From a virus (taxonomy: Duplodnaviria > Caudoviricetes): a DNA stretch of 57,741 nucleotides. The notes beneath the pieces are model-generated. The model was not told the DNA's origin. It did not search any database and saw only the letters and a program-made list of their open reading frames with translations. Position numbers and translations under genes: made by a program. The stretch is taken from positions 1-57,741 of IMG/VR virus record IMGVR_UViG_3300036859_000226; one strand, given 5' to 3'. This document shows, in pieces, positions 1-8,837 of the stretch. Positions within the stretch are counted from its first letter, which is position 1; every line of letters begins with the position of its first letter.

Positions 1-172
1 CCCTGACGATGCGCATCGAGATGTTCTTGTACATCTCGCGCGCCTTGAAATCGACCCCATCGGGCAATTCCTTCGGCACGGTCACGAGGCCGAAGGCGTC
101 GCGGACAAAGCCGAGGTTCTGTGGCAGGTTGACGCCAGTCGCGCCGCTGATCACCGTCACGGGCGCATTGTT
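1..172. repeat. Terminal direct repeat / circular overlap, left copy
   Basis: Identical to 57570-57741 except one base (G128 vs A57697). It lies inside the capsid gene, so it is most likely an assembly circularisation overlap. Confidence 0.95.
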
Positions 173-1084
173 CGCCGGAGACACGTCGACATTTTGGTAG
201 GCCCCCGAGATTGTCAGCGCCGGATAGATCGGCAACGCGATCGATCCCGTCGTGTCGGAGATATTGGCCGTGACGACGAAGTTGGCCAGGACGCCGGTCG
301 AGGTGAAGTTCTGCGGGTTGACCGAGTGGACGCCATCGAAGGTCACGACATCGCCGGCCTTGAGGCTGGTTACGCCCGACCCCCACCCATCCGTATTGAT
401 CGTCGCTCCGGTCTGGCCGGCGAGGTTCACCAGCGGCGTCCCCGAATAGGTGCCGTTCTGGTGCGCACGGATGTTCTGGTCTTCGTAAATCTCGAAATTA
501 GCGATCGCCGCGAGGAATCCCTTCAGCGCCGGCTCGGCGACGCTGCGCACGAAGAGCGTCGTCAGCGCCGTCGCCAGCGCCCAGTTGGCGGCTGCATTGA
601 GGATCAGCACGCGGCCGTCCTGCGGCACGGCGCCCTCGTCCATGCGCTGCCCCACCGCCGCCAAGAACGAGAAGTTGTTCGGCGTCGTCCCCGGAGTGCC
701 GACGAGGTTCTGCACCGAGGAATAGAGGCTGAGCACGTCGAAATCGATCTTGTTGGCGAGCACCGCCGCGATCGGCTTCAGATAGCGCTCGGAGAACTCT
801 TCGATGATCAGCGTCAACTCGCGGCTCGAAAACAGAAAGCCGACGTGCTTCTGGTTGCTGATCGTAATCGAGGTCGACGGCTCTGTGATGTTCTGGATCA
901 CGAGGCCGGGACCGTCCGAGACCGTGAACTTGTTCGGCTTCCTGACGGTGATCGTGTCGCCGATCTTGACGAACTGGTTCTCAAACTGGCGATTGACCTT
1001 GGCCGCTGCGACCAGGTTGTTCTCCAGGATGACCAGCGTCTCCTTAGTGATCAACGACGGGGTAAGAAGGGTGTTGTCAGCCAT
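1..1084 (-). CDS. Major capsid protein, P22 coat (gp5)-like, 5' part; continues across the junction into 57472-57569 (393 aa in total)
   Basis: Hand translation MADNTLLTPSLITKETLVILENNLVAAAKVNRQFENQFVKIGDTITVRKPNKF...; follows portal and scaffold; 1084+98 nt = 394 codons. Absent from the ORF track because it has no stop in this part of the window. Confidence 0.9.
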   Translation of the reverse strand, partial: MADNTLLTPSLITKETLVILENNLVAAAKVNRQFENQFVKIGDTITVRKPNKFTVSDGPGLVIQNITEPSTSITISNQKHVGFLFSSRELTLIIEEFSERYLKPIAAVLANKIDFDVLSLYSSVQNLVGTPGTTPNNFSFLAAVGQRMDEGAVPQDGRVLILNAAANWALATALTTLFVRSVAEPALKGFLAAIANFEIYEDQNIRAHQNGTYSGTPLVNLAGQTGATINTDGWGSGVTSLKAGDVVTFDGVHSVNPQNFTSTGVLANFVVTANISDTTGSIALPIYPALTISGAYQNVDVSPANNAPVTVISGATGVNLPQNLGFVRDAFGLVTVPKELPDGVDFKAREMYKNISMRIVR

Positions 1085-1317
1085 GACGCGCTCCGCGTTG
1101 GGATTTGCTCGGAAGGCCCAAGCAAGCCTGCGTGCGTCGCCACGGTTGTCCCCGCGCTTTCGGGCTGCGGTCGCCCCATCCGTTCCGGTGGACTATCCCG
1201 ACCGCCTTTGCGCAAAGCGGCGTGCGGTTGAGCGCTCCTAACGGGAGCTGGTCGCCACCCTCGCGCGGGCGGGGCGCGTTCTCTTGTCGTTGCCGCTACA
1301 GCAACACGCCCCCGCTG

Positions 1318-2331
1318 TCAAGACGGTTTGACCTGTCCCCACATGCCGGCGCGGCGTTCGGCGCGGAGTTGCGGCAAGCGTTGGGCCGCATATTCCTCCG
1401 TTGACAACTCATCGAGCGCCCGCGGGGTTGCCCCGTTATTACCGCCAACCGGGGCCATCGGCCGCGGCAGTCGCGACGGCTGCGGGCGCTCCGGCAATGC
1501 GAGGCGAGCCGATATCTTCCCGATCTCGACCGCCTGCTGAAGCGGGTTGAGCGCGGCAATGCGCGTCGCTTCAGCAGGGTTCTTGCCGAGATGGTAGAGC
1601 ACCTGCGGCCCGTTGTCGGCGATTAGGAGCGGCCCGATCATCGTCTCCGTCACCGGCAACGTCTCCGCCTCGGCGATCAACTCGAAATCGGCGTAGGCCG
1701 GGTCTTCCAGCAGCTTCGCCCGCTTCTCGGCATAGCCGTTGCGCAGGCTTTCAAAGTGCTGTTGCTCAGCCTGCCGCTGCCGTGCGGTTTCCTCAGTGTC
1801 GCGTTGCTCCTTCTGCCGCCGATCCAGTTCTTCGGCCGTGCGCTGGGCCGCCGCGGTCGCGGCCTTGCTCGTCGCCCACGACACTAGCGCCTCGTCATAA
1901 GCGTCAGGATCGGCAAACTGATCCCGCTGCGGCTTTGGCACGACCGGCTCGGTCGGGGCGGCCGGTTGCTGTTGGGCGGCCGTCAACTTCTCGACCAACT
2001 GCGTCAGCTTATCGACGCGGGCATCCGCTGCGGCGCGAGCCTCTTCGGCCGCCCGACGTGCCGCCGTCAATTCGGATAGGCGCTGCCCGAACCGTGATTG
2101 CTGCGGCTGCGACGCTGCCGGCGCACCCGCCTCGCCAATCTCGCCCTCACCACCCTCGGTGGCGGTTGTTCCGGTTTCTGCTTCTTGCCCGTTGGCTTGC
2201 GGCGGGGCGGCATTGTCTGTTCCCGGATGAGGCGGCGGTGGGGCAGGCGGCGGGGGTGTATCCGATGTCGCCGACGTAGCGGGCCCCGGCGGTGGCGCCG
2301 AGAGAATGTCGATGTTCGTTCCGTCAGCCAT
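1318..2331 (-). CDS. Scaffolding protein
   Basis: Between portal and capsid; Pro/Ala/Glu-rich coiled coil; motif GPQVLYHLGKNPAEATRIAALNP typical of P22-like scaffolds. Confidence 0.85.
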   Translation of the reverse strand: MADGTNIDILSAPPPGPATSATSDTPPPPAPPPPHPGTDNAAPPQANGQEAETGTTATEGGEGEIGEAGAPAASQPQQSRFGQRLSELTAARRAAEEARAAADARVDKLTQLVEKLTAAQQQPAAPTEPVVPKPQRDQFADPDAYDEALVSWATSKAATAAAQRTAEELDRRQKEQRDTEETARQRQAEQQHFESLRNGYAEKRAKLLEDPAYADFELIAEAETLPVTETMIGPLLIADNGPQVLYHLGKNPAEATRIAALNPLQQAVEIGKISARLALPERPQPSRLPRPMAPVGGNNGATPRALDELSTEEYAAQRLPQLRAERRAGMWGQVKPS

Positions 2332-4573
2332 TTGCAGCCTTCCCGTTCGGCAGCGGCCGATCCATCGCCGCGCGCAATTCTTCTACCCCACGCGCCAACT
2401 CGGCAATCGGCTCGCCGACTTGCTTCATCATCGCCTCGTCCTGCTTCTGCTGTATCGCCGCCATCTTGGTCTCAACCTGCGCGACGATCGCCAGAAGCTT
2501 CGCCTCGAATGTCTTCTCGATCTGGTCGGCCTGCAATGCCCGGTCGCTCTGCCGCTCGGTCAGCGCCGCGAGCAATTGCTGTTTCTCGGCAGCGGCTGCC
2601 TGCAAAGCCTTCTGCATCTGCATAATCATCGCCTGCACCTGCGGCGGCACGTCCTTCATCGTGTCCGGGGTCAGCAACTCCGGCGGCAGCATCTTCGCCA
2701 GCCTGGTCGCCATCTCCTCGGCCCCGGGCCAATCCATGTTCTTTGCCACGAGATCAGCAACATTGGCCGCAATCTGCGGCGCCGCTGGCGCCAAAGCCCG
2801 AACAAAATCCAGCATGCTCTCGCCGGCCTCAATCCGCTTCGTCGCGTAGGACGGGCCGATCGTCACCGTCACCCCGTATTTCCCAAAATTCGGATTGAAT
2901 ATCTTGAGCGTCTTGCCGGTCTGCGGGTTGCGCTGCTCCTGGAAGGGGCGCGCCGCGTGCGGGTCGACTTGGACCTGCTCCTCGCTGTCGTCCTCCCGAA
3001 GGATCGTCAACATCCGCTTCTGCTCGTAAACCTTCGGAATCAGATCGACGAGGATCTCGCCGGTGTGCCGCAAAGACCGGGCAAAGTTGTCGATGTAGTG
3101 AAACGAGCCCAAGTCGCCGCGCTCCCGCAACTCCCTGAGCGCCCGGCCACTCTCATCATAGACACGCTCGCCCCGCGTCGCGTCAAAACGGATGCCCGTG
3201 ACCGCCATCATGTCCTGCGCGGCAGCCTCGACCTCGGCCAGCACGGCTTGCGGCGCCCCCTGGAACGGCTGGCGCATCGGCGCCGGCGCGGCCTTGCCAC
3301 CCAGGTCCGTCCCCTTGTAAAGCAGATACGGCAGTGTCTTGACGTTGGCCTGCTTCCACTCCTGCTCGTGCCCCTCGACCTGCCCTTCCTCCATGACCCA
3401 GGGCGCTTTCGGCTGAAGCGAAGTGATCTCGACCGACAGGGTACGATGGAAGTTGTACATCATCTGCGGCTGCTTGGCGTTGCGGATCAGGCCCGACAAC
3501 CTCACCTTGCCCTGAATATCCGTTTCGTTACCGATGCACTTGATGAGCGGAATCCATTTGCCGGGCCACTCGGCCTCTTCCAACACATCGACAGCGGTCA
3601 GCTTGTAGTGCATGACCCGCGGCACGTCCGCCCACCGCTCGTCAACAACCTCCATCCGCTTCGCCGCGTCGTCGAGTTCGTCCCAGAACCCCTCGTGTCC
3701 GTTTTCAAGCAGCACGAGGCGGCGCTTCTCCACCTCGACCTCGAAGTACTCCGCGATGCGTATCTCGTCCTTTGTGACCCACTCCTTGTAATCCTCGCCG
3801 AAGCCGCCTTCGGTCCACGCCATCGGGTCGGCATCGGGCCATTCGTCCTCGAACTCCTTGCGCGACACCAGCTCGGTGACGAACCCATAGCGCGCATCTG
3901 AGCCGTCCGGCTCCTGCGCTCGCGGGTCCAAGTACACGGTAAACGGGTTGCGCACGCGGCGCAGAACGATCGTTTGCCGCAGCGTCTCGGGCGACTCGTA
4001 CTCAAGCATCACCCGCCAATAACCCCAGCCAATCGACACGGCCGAGTCAAACCCCGTGTCGTAGGCAATATCGGCGACGCTGGCCCGCTCGATCGCTCGG
4101 ATGAGACCGCGGTACATCTTTGCGACTTCAGGGTCGCTCTTGTCGCCGACCGGGTTGATGTTGATCGCCGGCCGGTTCATGCGCTGGTCATTGACGACCT
4201 GGTTGACGAACGTCGGCAGCTTGTTGATCGTCAGGCACGGCCGCATGTCGAAGTTGCGATCGGCCACGACATCGGCTGGCCACTGCCCCTCGCCCGTCTT
4301 GAACTTGAGATCGTCGAGCCCTTGCTTGCGGTTGTCGCTCTCGGCGGAGACGCATCCCATAAACCGCTTGCGGGCGCGGGCAAGCAATTCCTGCCGCGCA
4401 TCCTTGTCCGCCTTCGCCGGCGTCGGATCGCCCGGTTGCATCGCGATCGGGTCTTTGCCGCCGGCACTCGACTCGCGCAAGTTTGGTGACGGAACCTTGT
4501 TCATCGCCGTATCGACCGGCGGCAACCGTACCCGGCCGCTCTGCCTTGGCTTGCGCGGGTCTTGCGCGGCCAT
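2324..4573 (-). CDS. Portal protein, P22 gp1-like
   Basis: 749 aa; RPCLTINKLPTFVNQVVNDQR, DPRAQEPDGSDARY, WPGKWIPLI, VTIGPSYATKR motifs; C-terminal coiled barrel. Confidence 0.93.
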   Translation of the reverse strand: MAAQDPRKPRQSGRVRLPPVDTAMNKVPSPNLRESSAGGKDPIAMQPGDPTPAKADKDARQELLARARKRFMGCVSAESDNRKQGLDDLKFKTGEGQWPADVVADRNFDMRPCLTINKLPTFVNQVVNDQRMNRPAININPVGDKSDPEVAKMYRGLIRAIERASVADIAYDTGFDSAVSIGWGYWRVMLEYESPETLRQTIVLRRVRNPFTVYLDPRAQEPDGSDARYGFVTELVSRKEFEDEWPDADPMAWTEGGFGEDYKEWVTKDEIRIAEYFEVEVEKRRLVLLENGHEGFWDELDDAAKRMEVVDERWADVPRVMHYKLTAVDVLEEAEWPGKWIPLIKCIGNETDIQGKVRLSGLIRNAKQPQMMYNFHRTLSVEITSLQPKAPWVMEEGQVEGHEQEWKQANVKTLPYLLYKGTDLGGKAAPAPMRQPFQGAPQAVLAEVEAAAQDMMAVTGIRFDATRGERVYDESGRALRELRERGDLGSFHYIDNFARSLRHTGEILVDLIPKVYEQKRMLTILREDDSEEQVQVDPHAARPFQEQRNPQTGKTLKIFNPNFGKYGVTVTIGPSYATKRIEAGESMLDFVRALAPAAPQIAANVADLVAKNMDWPGAEEMATRLAKMLPPELLTPDTMKDVPPQVQAMIMQMQKALQAAAAEKQQLLAALTERQSDRALQADQIEKTFEAKLLAIVAQVETKMAAIQQKQDEAMMKQVGEPIAELARGVEELRAAMDRPLPNGKAANG

Positions 4574-4574
4574 G

Positions 4575-4751
4575 TTATCGCGTCACCCCTTTACCCGGCG
4601 TCACGTTCTGCGGGACCCGCTGCGGATCTGGGGGCATCTCCAGCTTGCGCCCGACCGCCGGCCGGCTTGTCCCGCTTTCACGCGCATCCGGCGGCGTCGA
4701 CGGGCGCGTCTGTGTCAGCGGCGCCTCATGCGGCTTCGTGCTGTTCGCCAA
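4575..4751 (-). CDS. Small hypothetical protein (58 aa)
   Basis: TTG start after GAGGTG SD; MANSTKPHEAPLTQ...KGVTR; fills the gap before the portal gene. Confidence 0.5.
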   Translation of the reverse strand: MANSTKPHEAPLTQTRPSTPPDARESGTSRPAVGRKLEMPPDPQRVPQNVTPGKGVTR

Positions 4752-5004
4752 CTCTCACCTCCCCAGGCTCGTCGCCCGCTGTGATTGCACCATCGATCGC
4801 GTCCAACGCTGCGTCCCGACGCGCGCGCCAACCCTTGCCTGTCGCAGACGCCACGATCGCGTAATACTCCCTTCCCTGCCGATCCGCCATAGAGAGCCGC
4901 ACCGCCTCGCTGTCGAGATCGGCCGACCAAAAACGAAATTGCCGATAGCCGGTCACTCTCCCCTCAGCAGCTTGTGCCCTCGACCTGAAGTTGGCCAGAT
5001 GTAT
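4726..5004 (-). pseudogene. 3' part of a phage gene split by the 1.3 kb insertion (may restart at GTG 4956)
   Basis: Joins in frame to 6314-6343 to give MSDYASDRRL|IHLANFRSRAQAAEGRVTGYRQF... (102 aa). Confidence 0.75.
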
Positions 5005-5074
5005 CAGGCGGGCGGGGACGGGCGATGCAATTGTGGCGTGAGCGGACCGCGCCGCGCCGGGTGAAGGGGCGGCC

Positions 5075-5860
5075 ATGAAAATCGCCAGCTGGAACGTCAA
5101 TTCGGTCAAGGTGCGGCTGCCGCATCTGCTCGCGTTTCTGCAGGACACGCAACCCGACGTGTTGTGCCTGCAGGAGATCAAATGCATGGCCGACGACTTC
5201 CCTTCCCTCGAAATCGCCGCGCTCGGCTACCACGTCGAGGCGCTCGGCCAGCGCGCCTATAACGGCGTGGCTCTGGTGTCGCGCGAGCCGGCGCGCGATG
5301 TCGTCCGCGGCCTTCCCGAGGCGGGCGACGACGACCAGGCGCGCTATATCGAGGCCTCGTTCGGCAGCGCCGACGGCAACGAGGTGCGCGTCGCCTCGAT
5401 CTACCTGCCCAACGGCAACCCCGCCGGCACCGACAAGTTCACCTACAAACTCGCCTGGATGGAGCGGCTGGTCGGCCATGCGCAGGGCCTCTTGCGTCGC
5501 GAGATCCCGGTGGTTCTCGCCGGGGACTACAACGTCTGTCCGGCCGACGAGGATGTCTACGACCCGGTCGCCTGGCGCGACGATGCGCTGTGCCGGATTG
5601 AAGCGCGCTCGCGCTTTCGCGCGCTCCTGAACCTCGGCCTCTCGGACGCCTACCGCGTCTTTCACCGCGAGCCGCACCGCTACACCTTCTGGGATTACCA
5701 GGCCGGGCGCTGGAACCGCGACGAGGGGCTGCGCATCGACCATCTCCTGCTGTCGCCGCACGCGGTCGACCGGGCCGCCGCTTGCGACATCGACAAGAGC
5801 CCGCGCGGCAAGGAGCGGGCCTCCGACCACACCCCGATCTGGTGCGAGCTCGCCGTCTGA
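5075..5860 (+). CDS. xth: Exodeoxyribonuclease III / AP endonuclease
   Basis: MKIASWNVNS, LCLQEIK, YNGVA, IYLPNGN, GDYN, YTFWDY, GLRIDH, SDHTP motifs all intact. Confidence 0.96.
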   Translation: MKIASWNVNSVKVRLPHLLAFLQDTQPDVLCLQEIKCMADDFPSLEIAALGYHVEALGQRAYNGVALVSREPARDVVRGLPEAGDDDQARYIEASFGSADGNEVRVASIYLPNGNPAGTDKFTYKLAWMERLVGHAQGLLRREIPVVLAGDYNVCPADEDVYDPVAWRDDALCRIEARSRFRALLNLGLSDAYRVFHREPHRYTFWDYQAGRWNRDEGLRIDHLLLSPHAVDRAAACDIDKSPRGKERASDHTPIWCELAV

Positions 5861-5875
5861 ACGGTTCGCCGTTCA
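5858..5875. terminator. Perfect hairpin between convergent genes
   Basis: TGAACGG-TTCG-CCGTTCA; its arms contain the stop codons of both convergent genes; no U-tract. Confidence 0.55.
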
Positions 5876-6343
5876 ACCGCCGATGACGCGCTCGGCGACG
5901 GCGGCGAGGCTTTCCCCGCCGTTGTGGAACGGGGCCAACGGCACCAGGATCAGCGTGCGCGTGCCGGGCGCCAGCTCGGCAAAATCGCGGACCAGGGTGA
6001 ACTCGCCGTCAATCGCGGCGGCGAGCGGGATACCGAGGCGCTGCAACTCGCTCGGCATGTTGCCGGCGAGGGTGATCTCGGCGAGCGCGAATTCCTGCTC
6101 GCCCCAGGAGATGCGGCCGCGCGCGCCGGGCAGCCGCGACAATCCGGCAAACGCCGGCCCGGCCAACGCCGCGACCGAGAAGGTGGTATCGAACTGGAAA
6201 TGCCGGGCGATCGAGGCGGCAAATTCCGCCTCGGCGATGCGCAGCACGACCGGCATGCCGGGATTGCGGGCGCGCGCGCCGAGCCCGATTTCGAGGTTGA
6301 GGCTGTCGGCGAACAGGCGACGATCGGAGGCATAGTCAGACAT
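5873..6343 (-). pseudogene. Chimeric ORF: 10 phage residues fused to the C-terminal fragment of a TrkA/RCK-type potassium channel protein
   Basis: DSLNLEIGLGARARNPGMPVVLRI...FSVAALAGPAF resembles the end of an RCK (TrkA_N) domain; the N-terminal part of the domain is missing. Confidence 0.65.
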
Positions 6344-6575
6344 CCTTGGCCCTCCGGCGCCGCATGTACTCCCGTTGATATGACCGCTTGTCAAACCGCT
6401 CTGAAACCGCAGTGGGGAGCGTAGCCGGCTCTAGCACGATCACCGGCCTGGGCTTGGCGACCTGTGGCCGCTCGGCGCGCTCAGGGGCATCCTTGCCCCA
6501 TACGTGCGGCTCGTATCGCCAATGCCGTCCGCCGCAGAGTCGGCACAACTGCCGTGTTGTCGCTTCGCCCATCAC
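6336..6575 (-). CDS. Small hypothetical protein with CxxC-H-H zinc motif and basic tail
   Basis: CRLCGGRHWRYEPH...YQREYMRRRR. Confidence 0.7.
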   Translation of the reverse strand: MMGEATTRQLCRLCGGRHWRYEPHVWGKDAPERAERPQVAKPRPVIVLEPATLPTAVSERFDKRSYQREYMRRRRAKDV

Positions 6576-6579
6576 GGCA

Positions 6580-6619
6580 GTCTAACATCGCGCGCCCGAT
6601 TGTCTAACATTGTCTAACA
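6580..6619. repeat. Three copies of GTCTAACA
   Basis: At 6580, 6602 and 6612; intergenic, downstream of terL. Confidence 0.7.
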
Positions 6620-6633
6620 GGTGCGTGTCCACC

Positions 6634-7932
6634 TTACCGCCCGAGCCACGCCGCGCTCGGTTGCGCAGACCCGACCTCCATCAGAGGCCGACGCGACTGT
6701 CCAGGCCCCGCGCTGCGCCTCACCGCCGTCTTGTGCCCGACCGCGAGATAGCGGAACCCGTCTGCCGCGTTCGAGGCCCAGTCGTGCAGCGGGTGAGATT
6801 GAAACACCCGGCGCTTCTCGTCCCACGTCTTGCGGTAGCTTGTCAGCGCCAGCCGCCCGCGCTCCGTCTTCTCCCGATCGAACCAGCATCGGGCAAGGAA
6901 GTTGCGGGCCGCCTCGATTCCGTCCATCAAACCTATGTCCGGCACGATCTGGAATTTGATCCCGAGGTTTGCCGCCGTCTCCAGCCGGGACCGACCGCTG
7001 CCGAGTTCGCGCACCCGGATATCGTGCGGCGCATGGTGCGCCCCGTAAACGTATCCGCGATCCTGCAGAACCTTGGCGTAGTGCGCCAAACCCTCGCCGG
7101 ATTGCTCATAATAGTCAATGGCGTGCACCTCACGCCCAACCGTCTGTGTGAACCAGATCGCCGTTGCGTCGTCAACGCCGAGATCCCACCACGTCTCGAC
7201 CGCCGTCTCGGGCTGGTATGGGACACGACAGATACGGCCATCAGCATCGGCCGCCTGCATTTCGCGCCCAAAATAGGCACCAACTACGGAGGCGGCGAAG
7301 CTGCACTCGAACTCGGCGAGATACTGTTCCTCGCTCATCTCACGGCGCGCGTTGGCGAGCTCATCAGCCGGCAGCAATCCTGTCGCGCTTGCCTTGAGGC
7401 TCATCGTCAGCCACTCGGGGTCGCTCTGCGCTCGCTCCCACGCCTCGGCAAAATGGTTGAGCCCGCGGGGCGTGCCGATGAAGATCGCCCATCCCAGCCG
7501 ATCCGCAAGGCTTGCGCGCAGAACCTCCTGCCACGCCCGCGGGTCCATGTCCCCATACTCGTCAAGCACCAGGCCATCGAAGTAGAGACCGCGCAGCCGT
7601 TCGTAATTGTCTGCACCGTAGAGACGCACCCTGCCGCCGTTGGGCAGGTCAACCCGCAACTCGCTCTCGTTTGCCGCGACGCCGGGAATCGGCGCCGTAT
7701 AGGTCTTCAGGTATGACCAAGCCACATCCTTTGCTTGGCTGAAATAGGGCGCGACGTAGGCAAACCGCGGCGCCTTCTGCCGACAGCGCAGCGCGCCGTC
7801 GATCAGATCGTTGATGCAAGCCACAGTCTTGCCAGCGCGGCGGTGAGCCACCGTGATCGCCCAGCGTTGGCGTCGCGCGTGGAGTGGAGCGAATTGGCTG
7901 CGGGCGCGGTAGCCCGTCTCAACCCTTCGCAT
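6634..7932 (-). CDS. terL: Terminase large subunit
   Basis: Walker A HRRAGKT, Walker B LVLDEY, FIGTPRG, nuclease WDLGVDD, HDWASNAAD. Confidence 0.95.
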   Translation of the reverse strand: MRRVETGYRARSQFAPLHARRQRWAITVAHRRAGKTVACINDLIDGALRCRQKAPRFAYVAPYFSQAKDVAWSYLKTYTAPIPGVAANESELRVDLPNGGRVRLYGADNYERLRGLYFDGLVLDEYGDMDPRAWQEVLRASLADRLGWAIFIGTPRGLNHFAEAWERAQSDPEWLTMSLKASATGLLPADELANARREMSEEQYLAEFECSFAASVVGAYFGREMQAADADGRICRVPYQPETAVETWWDLGVDDATAIWFTQTVGREVHAIDYYEQSGEGLAHYAKVLQDRGYVYGAHHAPHDIRVRELGSGRSRLETAANLGIKFQIVPDIGLMDGIEAARNFLARCWFDREKTERGRLALTSYRKTWDEKRRVFQSHPLHDWASNAADGFRYLAVGHKTAVRRSAGPGQSRRPLMEVGSAQPSAAWLGR

Positions 7933-8368
7933 CTTCGTCTCGGGCAACGCCCGTCACGATCATCAGCGGGCCGCCATCTGCGCCCGTGTGCTCATGCCGA
8001 TCGCGCCACTTGGCCGGCTGCCGATTGCGTAGCCAGAGCGAGGCCGCCTGCGTGTCGGGAGGATAATGCTCGATGTAGGGCGCGTAGACCGGCGCGTCTG
8101 CACCGGCTGGCATGAAAATCTTGACTGCTTCGTGGCTATACCCCATCGCCCGATGCTTGAGCGCATGCCCGACTTCGGCATCGGCTACAAGCTTTCCGCG
8201 CGTCATGGCATCCAAGAATTCGGGATGAGCCTTACGCCAGTTATCGAGGGTTGTTTCCCGAACCCCGAAAAAATCGGCGATTTCTACATCGGTCGCCATG
8301 AGCAAACAGAGTTTGTAAACCTGCTCGACGAACTCGGGCCTGTAGTCGGTTGGCCTCCCTCGCGCCAT
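7919..8368 (-). CDS. terS: Terminase small subunit
   Basis: GRPTDY, HTH, PPDTQAASLWLRNRQPAKWRD, EHTGADGGPL; directly upstream of terL. Confidence 0.9.
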   Translation of the reverse strand: MARGRPTDYRPEFVEQVYKLCLLMATDVEIADFFGVRETTLDNWRKAHPEFLDAMTRGKLVADAEVGHALKHRAMGYSHEAVKIFMPAGADAPVYAPYIEHYPPDTQAASLWLRNRQPAKWRDRHEHTGADGGPLMIVTGVARDEDAKG

Positions 8369-8386
8369 AGGTCAGTCTGCGTGACC

Positions 8387-8560
8387 TTATTTCAGCGACC
8401 CGGCAACATCGCGCCCTTGCGTATGGGCATTCGCTGGCGCCGAGGAAGGGATCTTGATGCGGGAGGGCGTCGGACGGGAGCCGGAGCCGACGGAGGTATT
8501 CTGGGGCTTGGAGGACTGGGGCGGGGCTTTGAGGCCGCCGGTATCGGAGATGAGGGCCAT
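8387..8560 (-). CDS. Small hypothetical protein
   Basis: ATG after GGGAG SD; 57 aa, Ser/Pro-rich. Confidence 0.55.
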   Translation of the reverse strand: MALISDTGGLKAPPQSSKPQNTSVGSGSRPTPSRIKIPSSAPANAHTQGRDVAGSLK

Positions 8561-8599
8561 AATCTGGATCACTCCCAGGGGTGTAACAATGCGCTGATC

Positions 8600-8631
8600 T
8601 GCCTTTACTCCGCGTCGGGCCACTGTGTCAA
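8600..8631 (-). promoter_or_regulatory. Candidate sigma70-type promoter for the packaging operon
   Basis: TTGACA (8631-8626) followed by a weak -10 (GTAAAG/TAAAGG). Confidence 0.35.
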
Positions 8632-8633
8632 CA

Positions 8634-8837
8634 TCATCTAGCCAGTTTCGCGGCGAGCATCGCTCGCCAGATCGCGGCGAGGTATTGAGCCTCGCTGGTC
8701 TGCCGCGCCACGCCGGGGCGCACGATCGCCGCCTGCTCTGCCGCGCGGCTGCCGGCCTCGATCATCGCTGGCGTTACGGCCGACAGTTCCTCTACCAGCA
8801 CGGTAAGGGCGTGTTGGTTGGTTGCTGGGTCGCTCAT
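8634..8837 (-). CDS. Hypothetical protein
   Basis: TPAMIEAG...AIWRAML, a common phage small-protein motif; ATGA coupling. Confidence 0.7.
   Translation of the reverse strand: MSDPATNQHALTVLVEELSAVTPAMIEAGSRAAEQAAIVRPGVARQTSEAQYLAAIWRAMLAAKLAR

Larger units (their letters stand above)
5005..6319. mobile_element. Inserted host-like DNA segment flanked by a 6-bp direct repeat CAGGCG (5005-5010, 6314-6319)
   Basis: Carries intact xth on the strand opposite to the phage genes plus a truncated cellular gene; removal restores a phage ORF; no transposase or terminal inverted repeats. Confidence 0.75.

Noticed and set aside
1-172. True physical direct terminal repeats
   Set aside because: The repeat falls mid-capsid gene, so an assembler overlap of a circularly permuted genome is more likely.
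194-4784. Long plus-strand ORFs (194-1231, 2306-3901 and others)
   Set aside because: Antisense shadows of the GC-rich capsid and portal genes with no recognisable motifs. The same applies to most overlapping ORFs in the track.
5005-6319. IS element or attL/attR interpretation of the xth insert
   Set aside because: No transposase, inverted ends or integrase. The host-like DNA is one continuous piece inside the circle rather than two flanks.
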